A DNA stretch of 64,000 nt from contig CAWJWJ010000002.1 of NCBI GenBank assembly GCA_963846575.1, positions 1,760,001 through 1,824,000 on the forward strand, in the 5' to 3' direction. Shown here piece by piece: positions 1 through 10,447 of this stretch. The translations under genes and the position numbers were made by a program. The notes under the pieces were generated by a model that was not told the origin of the DNA, did no database searches, and saw nothing but the letters and a program-made list of their open reading frames with translations. The DNA comes from an uncultured Nitrospiraceae bacterium (lineage in GTDB: Bacteria > Nitrospirota > Nitrospiria > Nitrospirales > Nitrospiraceae). Each line of letters opens with the position of its first letter. The first letter of the stretch is position 1.

Positions 1-476
1 CCAGGTATGCCTTCGCCTTCATTGTCGGCGTCGGCGCGGGACTGGCGATTCCCCGAACGATTTCCTCGTTCATCCTGAAGCAGATCGAAGATACCGTCCG
101 ACCGCTCCTGTCGATCGTGCCGGGCGACGGCGTCACCTTTACCTATTCCCTGTTGAACCCCGCCAGCAACCTGAACGGCATCATCATTCTCGTCGGCGTC
201 GTTTCGGTCCTGTTCTATTTCTTTTTCTCCGTGGAACATTCCGGACCCGGGAAAATGGTCGCCCGGGCCGGCATCGTGTTTTTGATGATCTCGTTCGGAG
301 CGGCGTTCGGCTATACGGTCATGGCCCGCATGTCTCTGCTGATCGGTCGGCTGACGGACCTCATCGAGTTCTCCGACGCGTCCTACGGACGACCGACACT
401 GTGGCTGTTTCTCCTGACCGTTGCGACCCTGATTATCCTCAGCCGCCGCAGTTCCACGCACCCGCCCCGGCAATAG
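1..476 (+). CDS. Conserved hypothetical multi-pass membrane protein (5'-truncated by window edge)
   Basis: The frame is open from base 3 (RYAFAFIVGVGAGLAIP...) to the TAG ending at 476. It has several hydrophobic helices and the motif MISFGAAFGYTVMAR. Confidence 0.75.
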   Translation, partial: RYAFAFIVGVGAGLAIPRTISSFILKQIEDTVRPLLSIVPGDGVTFTYSLLNPASNLNGIIILVGVVSVLFYFFFSVEHSGPGKMVARAGIVFLMISFGAAFGYTVMARMSLLIGRLTDLIEFSDASYGRPTLWLFLLTVATLIILSRRSSTHPPRQ

Positions 477-619
477 CCGGGACTCGACCAGCCGGATACC
501 GGGCCTGACGTGGATGAGGACCTGCTGTCGCCAGGTCACGGTGCCTTCCGGCTTTCATGTCGATCCATCTTCCCGGCAGCAGTTGCGCCTGACAAGTTGG
601 CTCCGTTAGAATGCGCGTC

Positions 620-1870
620 ATGGAATCGATCACCACGCCCGCACCCAAAGATCCGGCACGCTGTCCGCTGCTTCGCAACCTTCAATTTTCACCGATCAAG
701 GAAGGGGAGGAGCAGTACGTCGTGCTCTGGGACCCGACCGGATTGAGCAAGGAACGACTGGTCCTGCCGTTGAATTATTTCTTCATCGTGCAGCACCTGG
801 ACGGCGAACATACACTTCAGGATATCGGCGCCATCTACCTGAAGCGGTTCGGCGAATTTTTGATGCCGAACAAGGTCGAGCAGTTGTTGGCCGATCTGGA
901 TACGAAATTATTTCTGGAAGGGGAACGGACCGAACAAGCCAAGCGGCAAGCGCTGGAGACCTATCGCCAGGCGCCCTGTCGGCTGCCGCAGTTTGCCGGC
1001 CGGAGTTATGAAGCCGACGCAGCCAAACTTCGATCCCAAATCAAGAGTTTCTTCACGTCGAAAGACGGGCCGGAGATCAAGGCTTCCGAACATGCAGGCG
1101 CTCCGATCAAAGGGCTGGTCGCTCCCACCTATGAACTCAAACATGCCGGACCGGTCTATGCCTGGGCCTATAAAGAACTCCAGGAGGCTCAGCAGCCCGA
1201 CCTGTACGTGCTCATCGGCACCGCTCATTCCGGCCTCGAACAACTGATGACGGTGACAGATAAGGACTTCGAGACACCTCTCGGGCTCGTCAAGGTCGAA
1301 CGGAGCATCACGGATCGCCTGCGCGCAGCAATTCCTTCCGCCTTCACCGAAGAACTGGCACATCAAAATGAACATGCACTGGAATTTCAGCTGCCTTTCC
1401 TGCAAGAGAGCCTCGGTAAAGAGAGGCCCTTCACGATCGTCCCGATCCTCACGTCGTTCTCAGCGGATAGCCTGCGCGATCCGCAGATCCGGGCACAGGT
1501 CGAGGCGTTTCTTCAGACATTGAAGGATGCCTTGATCGCCTCCGGCAAACCCTATTGTGTGGTGGTCGGGGCGGAACTGGCCCACATCGGCATGCGCTAC
1601 GGCGATTCAGCGCCGCCGACCGATTTCTCCTTCCACCGCTGCATGCAGACCGATCTCGAGATGCTCAAACATGTCGAGAATCGGGACCCCGAGGAGTTTG
1701 CGAAGTTCATCCAGAAGGAAAACGATCAGCGGCGTATTTCCGGTTTCTCGCCGATCTACTCCCTGCTGCGGTTGATTGAGGCGGAGTCGGGTCAGGTGTT
1801 GCGCTACGATCGTGGCATCACCGACCAGTATAATTCCACCGCCACCTATGCCAGCATGGCCTTCTTTTAG
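620..1870 (+). CDS. Memo/AmmeMemoRadiSam protein B family protein with N-terminal PqqD/RRE-like domain
   Basis: Memo-like motifs AGRSY, LIGTAH, FETPLG, EHALEFQLPFLQ, ELAHIG. The ORF opens at 611; ATG 620 lies 7 nt after TAGAAT (607-612). Confidence 0.8.
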   Translation: MESITTPAPKDPARCPLLRNLQFSPIKEGEEQYVVLWDPTGLSKERLVLPLNYFFIVQHLDGEHTLQDIGAIYLKRFGEFLMPNKVEQLLADLDTKLFLEGERTEQAKRQALETYRQAPCRLPQFAGRSYEADAAKLRSQIKSFFTSKDGPEIKASEHAGAPIKGLVAPTYELKHAGPVYAWAYKELQEAQQPDLYVLIGTAHSGLEQLMTVTDKDFETPLGLVKVERSITDRLRAAIPSAFTEELAHQNEHALEFQLPFLQESLGKERPFTIVPILTSFSADSLRDPQIRAQVEAFLQTLKDALIASGKPYCVVVGAELAHIGMRYGDSAPPTDFSFHRCMQTDLEMLKHVENRDPEEFAKFIQKENDQRRISGFSPIYSLLRLIEAESGQVLRYDRGITDQYNSTATYASMAFF

Positions 1871-2081
1871 GCAGACTGCTCAGAATAATCCCTTCACCGT
1901 GGTCCTCGGTTCGCAACAATCTTCACCATAGCCTCTAGCCGGACCTCCCGTCGCGGCACATCCGGACCGGCGATCGAAGTGTTTTCCCGAGCAGCATCTG
2001 AAACCGCCTTCAACCATGCCGGCTCGAAGCTGATCGACGTGGCCGTGGGACTATCCTGGAGCGACGCACATAAGCTGTTAG

Positions 2082-2474
2082 TTACTCCCGAACGCCGCCG
2101 GCAGGGTCCGTATACCGAGTGGGTTGCGTGAAGCGATCCCACGTGGCGACCAGGCCGTCTTGAAAGTAAACACGAAACTCTGCCGTGATGCAGGCATCCC
2201 GTCCGATCGGGGGATAGAGCCACACCTGCACTCGTTGTCCTTCATCTTCTCGCTCGGTCTTGCATACCGGCTCTCCCAGCGCCAGATAGACCTGATCGTG
2301 GCTCATGCCTCGCATGATCATTCCGCGATCGATCGCCCGCTGAATCCCCTGCGGGTAGGAGGCATACTCTTCCGTCATCAAGCGGTGACGGTGGCGGTCG
2401 CATCCGGTCAGGGCGATGAAGAGCAGCCCAAAGCTACACGCTATGAAGGTTCGAACGCGCAGGAGACCTGTCAT
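2082..2474 (-). CDS. Lipoprotein, SmpA/OmlA (BamE)-like domain
   Basis: Lipobox LTGC; GMSHDQVYLALGEP...WLY...VYFQDGLV pattern. Confidence 0.65.
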   Translation of the reverse strand: MTGLLRVRTFIACSFGLLFIALTGCDRHRHRLMTEEYASYPQGIQRAIDRGMIMRGMSHDQVYLALGEPVCKTEREDEGQRVQVWLYPPIGRDACITAEFRVYFQDGLVATWDRFTQPTRYTDPAGGVRE

Positions 2475-2712
2475 GTGTTAATCAACTGAGTGCACCCGCG
2501 TTCTTGGGCGGGAGCATGTCATGCGGCCGGTTAGAGCCTCCGGATGCAGTTTGCCAACACGAATGTCACAAGAAAAGAGACGACGTCCGGCCAACCGGCA
2601 AGCACCGGCATCGGGGACAAGGAGCAGCGTGAGGGCCCAGGCTATGGACAATGGCCGGCCGGCGCAGGGACGATGGAAGCAAGGCAGGAACCGGTGACCC
2701 GCCGGCGACGGC

Positions 2713-3234
2713 CTATTCCTTCACCGTAACCTTCATGCGAATCGGTTCCAGGGGGTTGTCGCGTTCATCGCAGGGTAACTTCGCAATGAGGTCGATGATT
2801 TCAATTCCCCGAATAATTTCTCCGAAGATGGAATAACGACGATCGAGCCCGCCGTTATCCTGGAGGGAGATAAAAAACTGCGATCCGTTATCGTTGAAAT
2901 CGCGGGTACTGTTTCCATCGCGAGGCATCTTCGCCATGGAAATCGCGCCACGCTTATGAGGACGATCATTGGGCTCGGGATTCAAGAAGAAGCCGGGCCC
3001 GCCGGTTCCGTGGACCATACGGTCTGAGGTCTTGCTCAGCGGATCGCCGCCCTGGATGATGAAGCCCGGCACGACACGATGAAACGTCGTGTCGTCGTAA
3101 AAGCCCATCTTCGCGAGGTTAATGAAATTTTCGACGTGGCGAGGCGCATCATCCGGATAGAACCGGATCTTGATCTCTCCGAACTTGGTGATGATGGAGG
3201 CACGCGGATCTTTTTTCTGAAATTGCATAGTCAT
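2713..3234 (-). CDS. Cyclophilin-type peptidyl-prolyl cis-trans isomerase
   Basis: FHRVVPGFIIQGGDP, GTGGPG, SMA, GSQFFI motifs. Confidence 0.93.
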   Translation of the reverse strand: MTMQFQKKDPRASIITKFGEIKIRFYPDDAPRHVENFINLAKMGFYDDTTFHRVVPGFIIQGGDPLSKTSDRMVHGTGGPGFFLNPEPNDRPHKRGAISMAKMPRDGNSTRDFNDNGSQFFISLQDNGGLDRRYSIFGEIIRGIEIIDLIAKLPCDERDNPLEPIRMKVTVKE

Positions 3235-3289
3235 AGCGCTGAATTTAACAGGGGCCTCCTACGAGAGGCAAGCCGGCCCCGGGGAATTC

Positions 3290-4558
3290 TCACCCGTCCA
3301 GCCTCTCCTCCGGATTGATGAAGACCCACATCAGTCCCCCGCAACCGGCGATGAGGGCGGCCACCAGCAAGGAGGCGTTCCACCCCCATTGCTCGGCGAG
3401 CCATGGGGTCAAGCTGGGCGATATGACCCCGCCAATGTTCGCCCCCATATTCATGATGCCCGAGAGGGTGCCGGCATGGGGCTTGGAGAGATCGGTGGTC
3501 ACGCTCCAATAGGCCCCGACGGTAAAATAAAGCCACCCCGCGCCCAAGGAGAGACAGGCAATGGCCAGGTTGTCTGAATCGACCCAGGCACCGAGTGCGA
3601 TCAATCCCCCGGCCAGGAGCATACCGGTCATGCCGACCGTCATTCTGGACCGGGTGATCCCGAGGATCGAGACGAGACGATCCGTGCTCCACCCGCCGAG
3701 CGGACAAAACAATAGGATCGCCACAAAAGGCGCAGCCGCCAGCCATCCGCCCCGCAACAGATCGATCCCTCGCACATTCACGAGATACAGATAAAACCAG
3801 GACATATAAATGTAGGCCACGTACCCAAGACAGGCATAACTTGCCACCAGCCACCGAAGCGACGGGGAACCGAGATAACGTCGCCAGGGAATGGGCAGGG
3901 GCGGAGCGACGGCCGGGCCGCCGGCACGCTGGCCTTCGCGGGAGCAGAGCACCCAGAACAGCGCCACCACCAGGCCCACCGCCGCGGACAGATAAAAAAC
4001 GGTCTGCCAGCGGTAATTGACCATGACCCATGAGGCGAGGGGAGGCGTGATCGCAGCCCCGACGCCGATGCCTCCGATGGCAATCCCGATCCCGAGACCG
4101 CGCTGGGACGCCGGAATCCAATCGGCCACGGCCCGATTGAAATTCGGCAAGGCCACAGCCTCTCCCACGCCGAGAAAAAACCGCACCAGGAGCAGCGCTC
4201 CGACCGTTCCCGCCATCGTGACCAGAGGAAGCGTCGCGGCCACCGCCGTCAAGGCGGTGAACAACGACCACCAGAGCAAGGCGCCGGTCAGCACGACACG
4301 AGCGCCCCAGCGATCGCCGAGCCACCCGCCTGGAATCTGGCAGAGGGCATAGCCGAAGACGAAGGCGGAGAAAATGTATCCCATCTCCTGACTCGTGAGA
4401 CCGTAGGCCGGCATCATCTGGCGCGCCGTCACGGAGATATTGACGCGGTCCATGTAGGTGACCGCGCTGATGGCGAACAACAAGCTGAGGATGCCCCATC
4501 GCGGCCGTCGCAGGGATGGTTCGATGTTCACAATATTCTCCGCGTCGGAAAGCGCCAC
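3290..4558 (-). CDS. MFS transporter (anion:cation symporter-like)
   Basis: YMDRVNIS, GWLGDRWGAR motif A, RFFLGVGEA; about 12 TM segments. Confidence 0.9.
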   Translation of the reverse strand: MALSDAENIVNIEPSLRRPRWGILSLLFAISAVTYMDRVNISVTARQMMPAYGLTSQEMGYIFSAFVFGYALCQIPGGWLGDRWGARVVLTGALLWWSLFTALTAVAATLPLVTMAGTVGALLLVRFFLGVGEAVALPNFNRAVADWIPASQRGLGIGIAIGGIGVGAAITPPLASWVMVNYRWQTVFYLSAAVGLVVALFWVLCSREGQRAGGPAVAPPLPIPWRRYLGSPSLRWLVASYACLGYVAYIYMSWFYLYLVNVRGIDLLRGGWLAAAPFVAILLFCPLGGWSTDRLVSILGITRSRMTVGMTGMLLAGGLIALGAWVDSDNLAIACLSLGAGWLYFTVGAYWSVTTDLSKPHAGTLSGIMNMGANIGGVISPSLTPWLAEQWGWNASLLVAALIAGCGGLMWVFINPEERLDG

Positions 4559-4820
4559 TTACTCGAAGCCGCGCATTATAGACCGGAGCACCGGAATTAT
4601 TCATGACGGGATCCGTCGCAGGCCGTTCGAGTTGGAAACCCGCGAGTGCTTGTCTTGAGCAGGCTCAGCCGGGATTATCCGTTCCACTCTTGGAGCATCA
4701 CGGTTCCGGCGCAACGACATCGGAGCATCCCGCCGAGAAAGCCGGCGATGCGCCGCCGTATGGATTTCACGCCGGCGCATCCAGTACACTGGCATTTTTA
4801 AGTCCATTCATGGAGGTGGA

Positions 4821-7800
4821 GTGAGGGTTCGTCCGCGCGCAGTGGTGCTGTCTCTGCTCGGCGTCCTCATCGTAGGTGCGCTCCTGCTCCTCTATTCGCG
4901 AGAACTCTTCGGCGTCGACCTCATTAAGAATTTTTTCCTCCAACAACTCGAAGCGAGCCTGCGGCGCAAGATCGAGGTCGATCGGATCAAACTCGTCCTG
5001 CTCCCGAGCATCCGGCTTGAACTGACCCAGGTCGGGGTCTACGGCCATGACGACCCGACTCATGTCGTGTTCAAGGCCAAGAAAATGGACATCGTGCTGC
5101 GCCTGCTGCCGTTGCTGAAGCAGCAGGTGGTCGCGAAGCGGGTCTTCCTCGATGAGCCGACTGTCACGCTGATTCGCAACCGGTCCGGCCATTGGAACAT
5201 CCTGGCCGGTCTCCCGTCCGCGGCCAAAGATGAATCGGCCTACCAGATGTTCAGCCGATTACTCCAAATCCGCGAAGCGACCATTCAAAACGGACATGTG
5301 ACGATCACCGACGAGGCACGATCCGACGGGGTGAGAACGGCCATGCTCGAGTCGGTCGAGATGGCCTTGAAGGTGTATCCGGGAAAAGCCCAGGGAGACC
5401 TGCATATCTCCGCTTCCCTGCCCCCCGAGGCCTCCGCTTCATCCTTCTCGCTCGCGGGAACCATCAGCCTGAGCGAATCCTCATCCTCACTGGCTGCTGA
5501 AGAACCCTACTCGGTGCGGCCCGCGTTTCAGTTCGAAGGAGAGATCGAAACCGCCAACCTCCGCCTGCGCGAAGCGGCCGAATTTTTCGGCCCCCGGCCG
5601 GTCCCCGACCAACTGCAGGGCGAGGCCAATATCAAAAGCCATATCCGCGTCATACCGGGTGTGGCCGGTTATGACGTCGTCCTGACGGAGATCACCGCCA
5701 ATGTGGATCAGCTGGCTGTCACCGGCAAGGCGAATCTGGCCGGGCTGCTGACGTCACAACCCACGTTCTCCATCACCTTCGCCGCACCCGCGATCGACCT
5801 CAAGGAACTCTTCGCGCGTATGCCGGCCCAGTGGATTCATCCGCAATTGCCGGGCATCGTCGCCCAGCGCCGGTTGGGAGGGACCGTCGAAATCCTTTCG
5901 GCTACATTAACCGGCGCGACGGCCCCGAGCCCCCAGTTGTCGCTGACCGGTGATTTCCGTGTGGAGAAGGGTACCGTCCTCATTGGAGATGACCGCGTGC
6001 CGACGCAAGATTTGGCGGCCACGGTCTCGGTGGAGCCCGGGCGCATCCGGGTCGGCAAGGTGACGGGCACCTATGGATCGCTTCAAATGACGGACGGGAA
6101 GGCGGTAGTGTCCTTCCTCGATGCGGGTCCCTGGATGGAATTGGACATCAGCGGCAATATGACGGCGGCGGACCTGGTGAAATTTTTGATTAAGACGATT
6201 CGCGCGGACCGCCTCACCTCACTGCTGGCCCAATCGCGCGAAATCGAAGGGCAGACCCATCCCACCTTCAGGCTCGTCGGACCACTCGATCAGCCGGAAG
6301 GCATTACCTTCGCCGGGGGGGAAGTCCTCGCCGAACAGGTCAGCCTGATGAACCCCTCGCTGCCTCAACGTCTGACTGCCATGCGAGGCCGCATCATCTT
6401 CTCGCAAACCGGCGGGGCGCAATTCGATCAGGTCACGGCGAACCTGGGCGAGGCCCAGCTGCAATTCAACGGGCAGCTCAGCGGCGGTACCCCAAGCGTC
6501 TTTCAGGATTTTGTGATCCGCGCCAAGGGCAATGCCATCCAGCTTCGCCAAATGGTATCCGCAGGCACTTTTCCGGATGATCTGCTGTCCGGCATCATCG
6601 TCGCCAAGGTTCAATTGTCCGGGCCCTCGGGAGCTCCCCATTTGCGCGGAGAGATCGGCTTGAACGAGGCGAAACTCGTGCTCCCCACGGTGGGGGAGAA
6701 GCCTGTTGGCTCTCCGGCCTCGCTGGAACTCGATGCCGATGTCACGCGGGGGGTGGGGTTGACGATTTCACGCCTGGAACTCGTGGTGCCGCCGTTGCGG
6801 CTCCCGCTGAAGGGACGCATCACCCTCGGCGATCATTTCGCCATTGACGCCTCACTCGCATCAGGCACGGTCTCGATCTCCAGTCTTCCGGAATGGATTT
6901 ACAAAAGCGGTTTCGAAGCAGGCAATCTTGAAGTCTCCATGGATGTGAAAGGCACGGATGCGGAGTGGAAGAACTGGCGATCGAGCGGGTGGCTGGCCCT
7001 GACCAACGGCTTGATGACGGTCAAAGGCGTGGAAGGGCCCGTCGAGGACATTTACCTCCGCCTGAAGTTCTCCAAACACATCGCCGACATCAAGCAGCTC
7101 TCGTTTCACATCAAGGATAGCGATGTCAGCCTCTCGGGAGCCCTGAAGAACTGGACTACCAAACCGGTGATTGCGGTGAAGATCGAGTCGGCCCAGATGG
7201 ATCTCGACCTCCTCATTCCGAAAGGACAACGGTCGCCGATCCGTGAATTTCTCGAGACGCTTGCGTCGACCAGCCAGGTCAGCGCGACCGCTACGATCGA
7301 AAAGGGTATCTACAAGCACGTGCGGCTGGGAGCGCTGTCCGGACGCCTGACGATCCAGGACGGCCTGTTGGACCTCGACCGTGTGATCGGGCAGTCGGGA
7401 AGCGGCCATGTGGCAGGGCGTATGGTCGTCCGCCTTCCCAAAGGTGAGCCCGCGGACACGGAAACCTCGATCAGGATGACGGGCATTCCTTTCGAAACCG
7501 TGATGCCGCTGCTGGGCGCTCATGACCAGCCACTCACCGGCGACCTTAAACTGACCGGCGTCTTGCGCGGCCACGGCCGGAATCCCCACGGCATGTTGCC
7601 TACCTTGAACGGAAAAGCCGAACTCGTGGCGCAGGAAGGACGCATCCTCAAAACTGAGAAGCGCGCCATCTGGAAGATTCTCTCCATTCTGAACCTTCCG
7701 GCGGTTCTGCAAGGGAAGATCGATCTGGAAAAGGAAGGATTGCAGTACAATCGCATGACGACAACCGTGACGGTGCAGAATGGCCTGATGCGAACGCAGA

Positions 7801-8231
7801 ATTTCATCCTCGACAGTCCCGTGATCAAAATTTCGGCGGTCGGAAGTTATGATATGCCCACCGACCAGCTCGATATGATCTGGGCGGTCAGCCCCTTCGG
7901 CTCCTACTCGCAGTTTTTGAAATCGATTCCACTCTTCGGCCGGCTGGTGGCCGGTGATCGCAAGGGCCTGGCCACCGCCCTGTTTCAGGTGAAGGGGTCC
8001 ATCGATGATCCCGAGGTGACCTACATGCCGATGAAGTCGTTTGCCACTGGACTCACCGGCGTGGCGCAACTCGCCTTCGATTTGCTCAAGAACACGGTGA
8101 TGCTGCCGATCGATATTCTGTCCCCGCAGCAGGAAAAAGATTCCCTCTTCGACCCGTCGTTGGAGATCCAGACACCGCCCGCGCCACTGCCGGTCGAACC
8201 ATCCACGGCACCGCTGGCGCCCGCGCCTTGA
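4821..8231 (+). CDS. AsmA-like / YhdP-type bridge-like periplasmic protein
   Basis: N-terminal TM anchor, LIRNRSGHWN AsmA-like N-terminus, beta-rich body, C-terminal IPLFGRLV...LFQVKGSIDDPEV; 1136 aa. Confidence 0.8.
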   Translation: MRVRPRAVVLSLLGVLIVGALLLLYSRELFGVDLIKNFFLQQLEASLRRKIEVDRIKLVLLPSIRLELTQVGVYGHDDPTHVVFKAKKMDIVLRLLPLLKQQVVAKRVFLDEPTVTLIRNRSGHWNILAGLPSAAKDESAYQMFSRLLQIREATIQNGHVTITDEARSDGVRTAMLESVEMALKVYPGKAQGDLHISASLPPEASASSFSLAGTISLSESSSSLAAEEPYSVRPAFQFEGEIETANLRLREAAEFFGPRPVPDQLQGEANIKSHIRVIPGVAGYDVVLTEITANVDQLAVTGKANLAGLLTSQPTFSITFAAPAIDLKELFARMPAQWIHPQLPGIVAQRRLGGTVEILSATLTGATAPSPQLSLTGDFRVEKGTVLIGDDRVPTQDLAATVSVEPGRIRVGKVTGTYGSLQMTDGKAVVSFLDAGPWMELDISGNMTAADLVKFLIKTIRADRLTSLLAQSREIEGQTHPTFRLVGPLDQPEGITFAGGEVLAEQVSLMNPSLPQRLTAMRGRIIFSQTGGAQFDQVTANLGEAQLQFNGQLSGGTPSVFQDFVIRAKGNAIQLRQMVSAGTFPDDLLSGIIVAKVQLSGPSGAPHLRGEIGLNEAKLVLPTVGEKPVGSPASLELDADVTRGVGLTISRLELVVPPLRLPLKGRITLGDHFAIDASLASGTVSISSLPEWIYKSGFEAGNLEVSMDVKGTDAEWKNWRSSGWLALTNGLMTVKGVEGPVEDIYLRLKFSKHIADIKQLSFHIKDSDVSLSGALKNWTTKPVIAVKIESAQMDLDLLIPKGQRSPIREFLETLASTSQVSATATIEKGIYKHVRLGALSGRLTIQDGLLDLDRVIGQSGSGHVAGRMVVRLPKGEPADTETSIRMTGIPFETVMPLLGAHDQPLTGDLKLTGVLRGHGRNPHGMLPTLNGKAELVAQEGRILKTEKRAIWKILSILNLPAVLQGKIDLEKEGLQYNRMTTTVTVQNGLMRTQNFILDSPVIKISAVGSYDMPTDQLDMIWAVSPFGSYSQFLKSIPLFGRLVAGDRKGLATALFQVKGSIDDPEVTYMPMKSFATGLTGVAQLAFDLLKNTVMLPIDILSPQQEKDSLFDPSLEIQTPPAPLPVEPSTAPLAPAP

Positions 8232-8282
8232 TTACGCGCCGGGTGCGTGATAGCATCCAGAATACGAGACCGCATCCACTCC

Positions 8283-9443
8283 ATGAGCCATTCCAGCGTG
8301 CATAACACCCATTCCGATCAGACCGCGACGCTCTTCATCGCCGCCAGCGAAACCGATTCGAATCTCTATTACGCCACGCGGTTCATCGCACCCGATCCCT
8401 TCATCTATCTTGAGGTGAAGGGCGAACGCCTGATGATCATGAGCGACCTGGAAGTCGGCCGGGCCCGCCACCAGGCAACGGTCGATCGCGTGTTGTCCTA
8501 TTCCGAACTGGAACGGCGCGCCAAGAGCAACGGGCTGAAGGATCCGGGCACGATCGATGTCATCCATCTGGTGTTGCAGGACGCCGGCCTGACCGACATC
8601 CTGGTTCCCTCGACGTTTCCTTTTCTTCATGCGAACCGCCTGCAGGAACTCGGCTACACCCTGCGCACCAAGCGGGAACCTTTCTACGAACAACGTGTCG
8701 TCAAATCAGCCGAGGAAGTCCGGCATATTGAAGCCGCGCAAAGGGCCACCGAGAAAGCAGTCGCAGCCGCCCACCAGACTCTGCGGCGCGCCGAGATCCG
8801 CCAGAATCACCTCTGGCTCGACGGAGAAGTCCTCACCTCGGAGCGCATCAAGAAACTGATCAATGTCGCCCTGATGGAATGTGGTTGCGTCGCCCAGCAT
8901 ACCATCGTGGCGGGCGGGGAGCAGGCCTGCGATCCGCACGACGAAGGCAGTGGGCCGCTGCCGGCCCATCGGAGCATTATTTTTGACGTCTTTCCACGAT
9001 CCGCCGACTCCCGGTACTTCGCCGACATGTCCCGCACGGTGGTTCGAGGCAAAGCCACGGCGGAATTAACCCGGCTCTACCAGGCGGTCAAAGATGCTCA
9101 GGAAGAAGCCATCACCAAAATCCGCGACGGCGCTGACGGCGCCTTGATCCATCAAGGCATCTGTGACCGTTTCGAAAAAGCCGGCTACAAAACCGGCTTG
9201 GTGGATGGACGGATGCAAGGCTACTTTCACGGGACAGGCCATGGCGTCGGATTGGACATTCACGAGTCTCCCCGCATCAGCCGGACGGGCTCGTTGCTTC
9301 AGGAGGGACATGTGGTGACCGTCGAACCGGGACTCTATTACCCCGGTCTCGGAGCGGTGCGCATCGAAGACATGGTGCTCGTGACCAAAGACGGCTGCCG
9401 GAATCTTACGGAGTTCCCGAAAATATTCGAGCTTGGCGAGTGA
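8283..9443 (+). CDS. Xaa-Pro peptidase, M24 family
   Basis: HGTGHGVGLDIHE, TVEPGLY, VRIED, D..D metal ligands. Start uncertain (ORF opens at 8247). Confidence 0.9.
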   Translation: MSHSSVHNTHSDQTATLFIAASETDSNLYYATRFIAPDPFIYLEVKGERLMIMSDLEVGRARHQATVDRVLSYSELERRAKSNGLKDPGTIDVIHLVLQDAGLTDILVPSTFPFLHANRLQELGYTLRTKREPFYEQRVVKSAEEVRHIEAAQRATEKAVAAAHQTLRRAEIRQNHLWLDGEVLTSERIKKLINVALMECGCVAQHTIVAGGEQACDPHDEGSGPLPAHRSIIFDVFPRSADSRYFADMSRTVVRGKATAELTRLYQAVKDAQEEAITKIRDGADGALIHQGICDRFEKAGYKTGLVDGRMQGYFHGTGHGVGLDIHESPRISRTGSLLQEGHVVTVEPGLYYPGLGAVRIEDMVLVTKDGCRNLTEFPKIFELGE

Positions 9444-9467
9444 CCCTCAGGGGTACGATCTCACCCC

Positions 9468-10442
9468 ATGCGTCTCACCTTCACGATTCAGCGCTTTAAT
9501 CCCGAGACAGATCAGCGACCGCATCAGGAAGAGTATCGTCTGGACATCGGACGGGGCATGACCGTGCTCGAAGCCCTCATCCGCATCAAGAACGAACTCG
9601 ACGGAACTCTCGCGCTGCGGTATTCCTGCCGGTCGGCCATTTGCGGATCCTGTGCCATGAATATCAACGGCGCGCAGAAACTCGCCTGTCGCACCTCGAT
9701 CCGGAAAGAGTTCGAACGAAACGGCCGGATCTCGATCGACCCTCTTCCGAACCTCCCCATCATCAAAGATCTGGTCGTGGACATGTCCTCCTTCTGGGAC
9801 AAAGTGCGGACCGTCACCCCCTGGTTGACCCCGGTCACGCACCCCACCAAACGGTACGGTTCGTCCGGGCAACTTCGTCTGCCTCCTGAGGCGTATGAAT
9901 TTCACAATGTGGACGCCTGCATTATGTGCGGGGCTTGCGTGGCCGCCTGCACGTCACACGAAGTATCGCCGGGCTTTCTCGGCCCAGCGGCTCTCGCCAA
10001 AGCTGAACGTTTCGTCGCGGACCCTCGTGAGCCGGAGGCAGCCAAGCAGGCACGACTCACGGCGCTCCAGGAAAATCACGGCATCTGGGATTGCACCCGC
10101 TGCAACATGTGCGTCCAAGTCTGCCCGAAAGATGTCCAGCCGATGGAAGCGATCATTCGATTGCGGCGCGCGTCACTCCGTCTTGGCCTGCACGCCAGCG
10201 AAGGGGCTCGGCACATCACCGGCTTCGTCGACCTCGTGCGGCATGAAGGACGCTTGAACGAAGCGCTGATGCCGTTGAAGGTCCTCGGCATGGATGTGCG
10301 CCGGCTGTTGCACGTGATGCCCTTGGGTTTACGTATGTGGCTCAAAGGCAAAGTGCCATCTCCCTTCGGACATCCCATTCCCGGCATCGAGCAGGTCCGC
10401 GCCATCTTTGCCGCCGCCCGCCGCCTCGCCCGGCGCACCTGA
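9468..10442 (+). CDS. sdhB: Succinate dehydrogenase/fumarate reductase Fe-S subunit (type E-like, C-terminally extended)
   Basis: SCRSAICGSC...C [2Fe-2S]; CIMCGACVAAC and CTRCNMCVQVCP ferredoxin motifs; KDLVVD. Confidence 0.9.
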   Translation: MRLTFTIQRFNPETDQRPHQEEYRLDIGRGMTVLEALIRIKNELDGTLALRYSCRSAICGSCAMNINGAQKLACRTSIRKEFERNGRISIDPLPNLPIIKDLVVDMSSFWDKVRTVTPWLTPVTHPTKRYGSSGQLRLPPEAYEFHNVDACIMCGACVAACTSHEVSPGFLGPAALAKAERFVADPREPEAAKQARLTALQENHGIWDCTRCNMCVQVCPKDVQPMEAIIRLRRASLRLGLHASEGARHITGFVDLVRHEGRLNEALMPLKVLGMDVRRLLHVMPLGLRMWLKGKVPSPFGHPIPGIEQVRAIFAAARRLARRT

Positions 10443-10447
10443 CGGGC

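Noticed and set aside
3231..4604. 457-aa alternative-frame ORF over the MFS gene, and other long shadow ORFs (e.g. 6861-8069, 24043-24987, 32571-33563, 41833-42801, 46168-47046)
   Set aside because: They are Arg-rich or antisense shadows of well-supported genes, expected in high-GC DNA.
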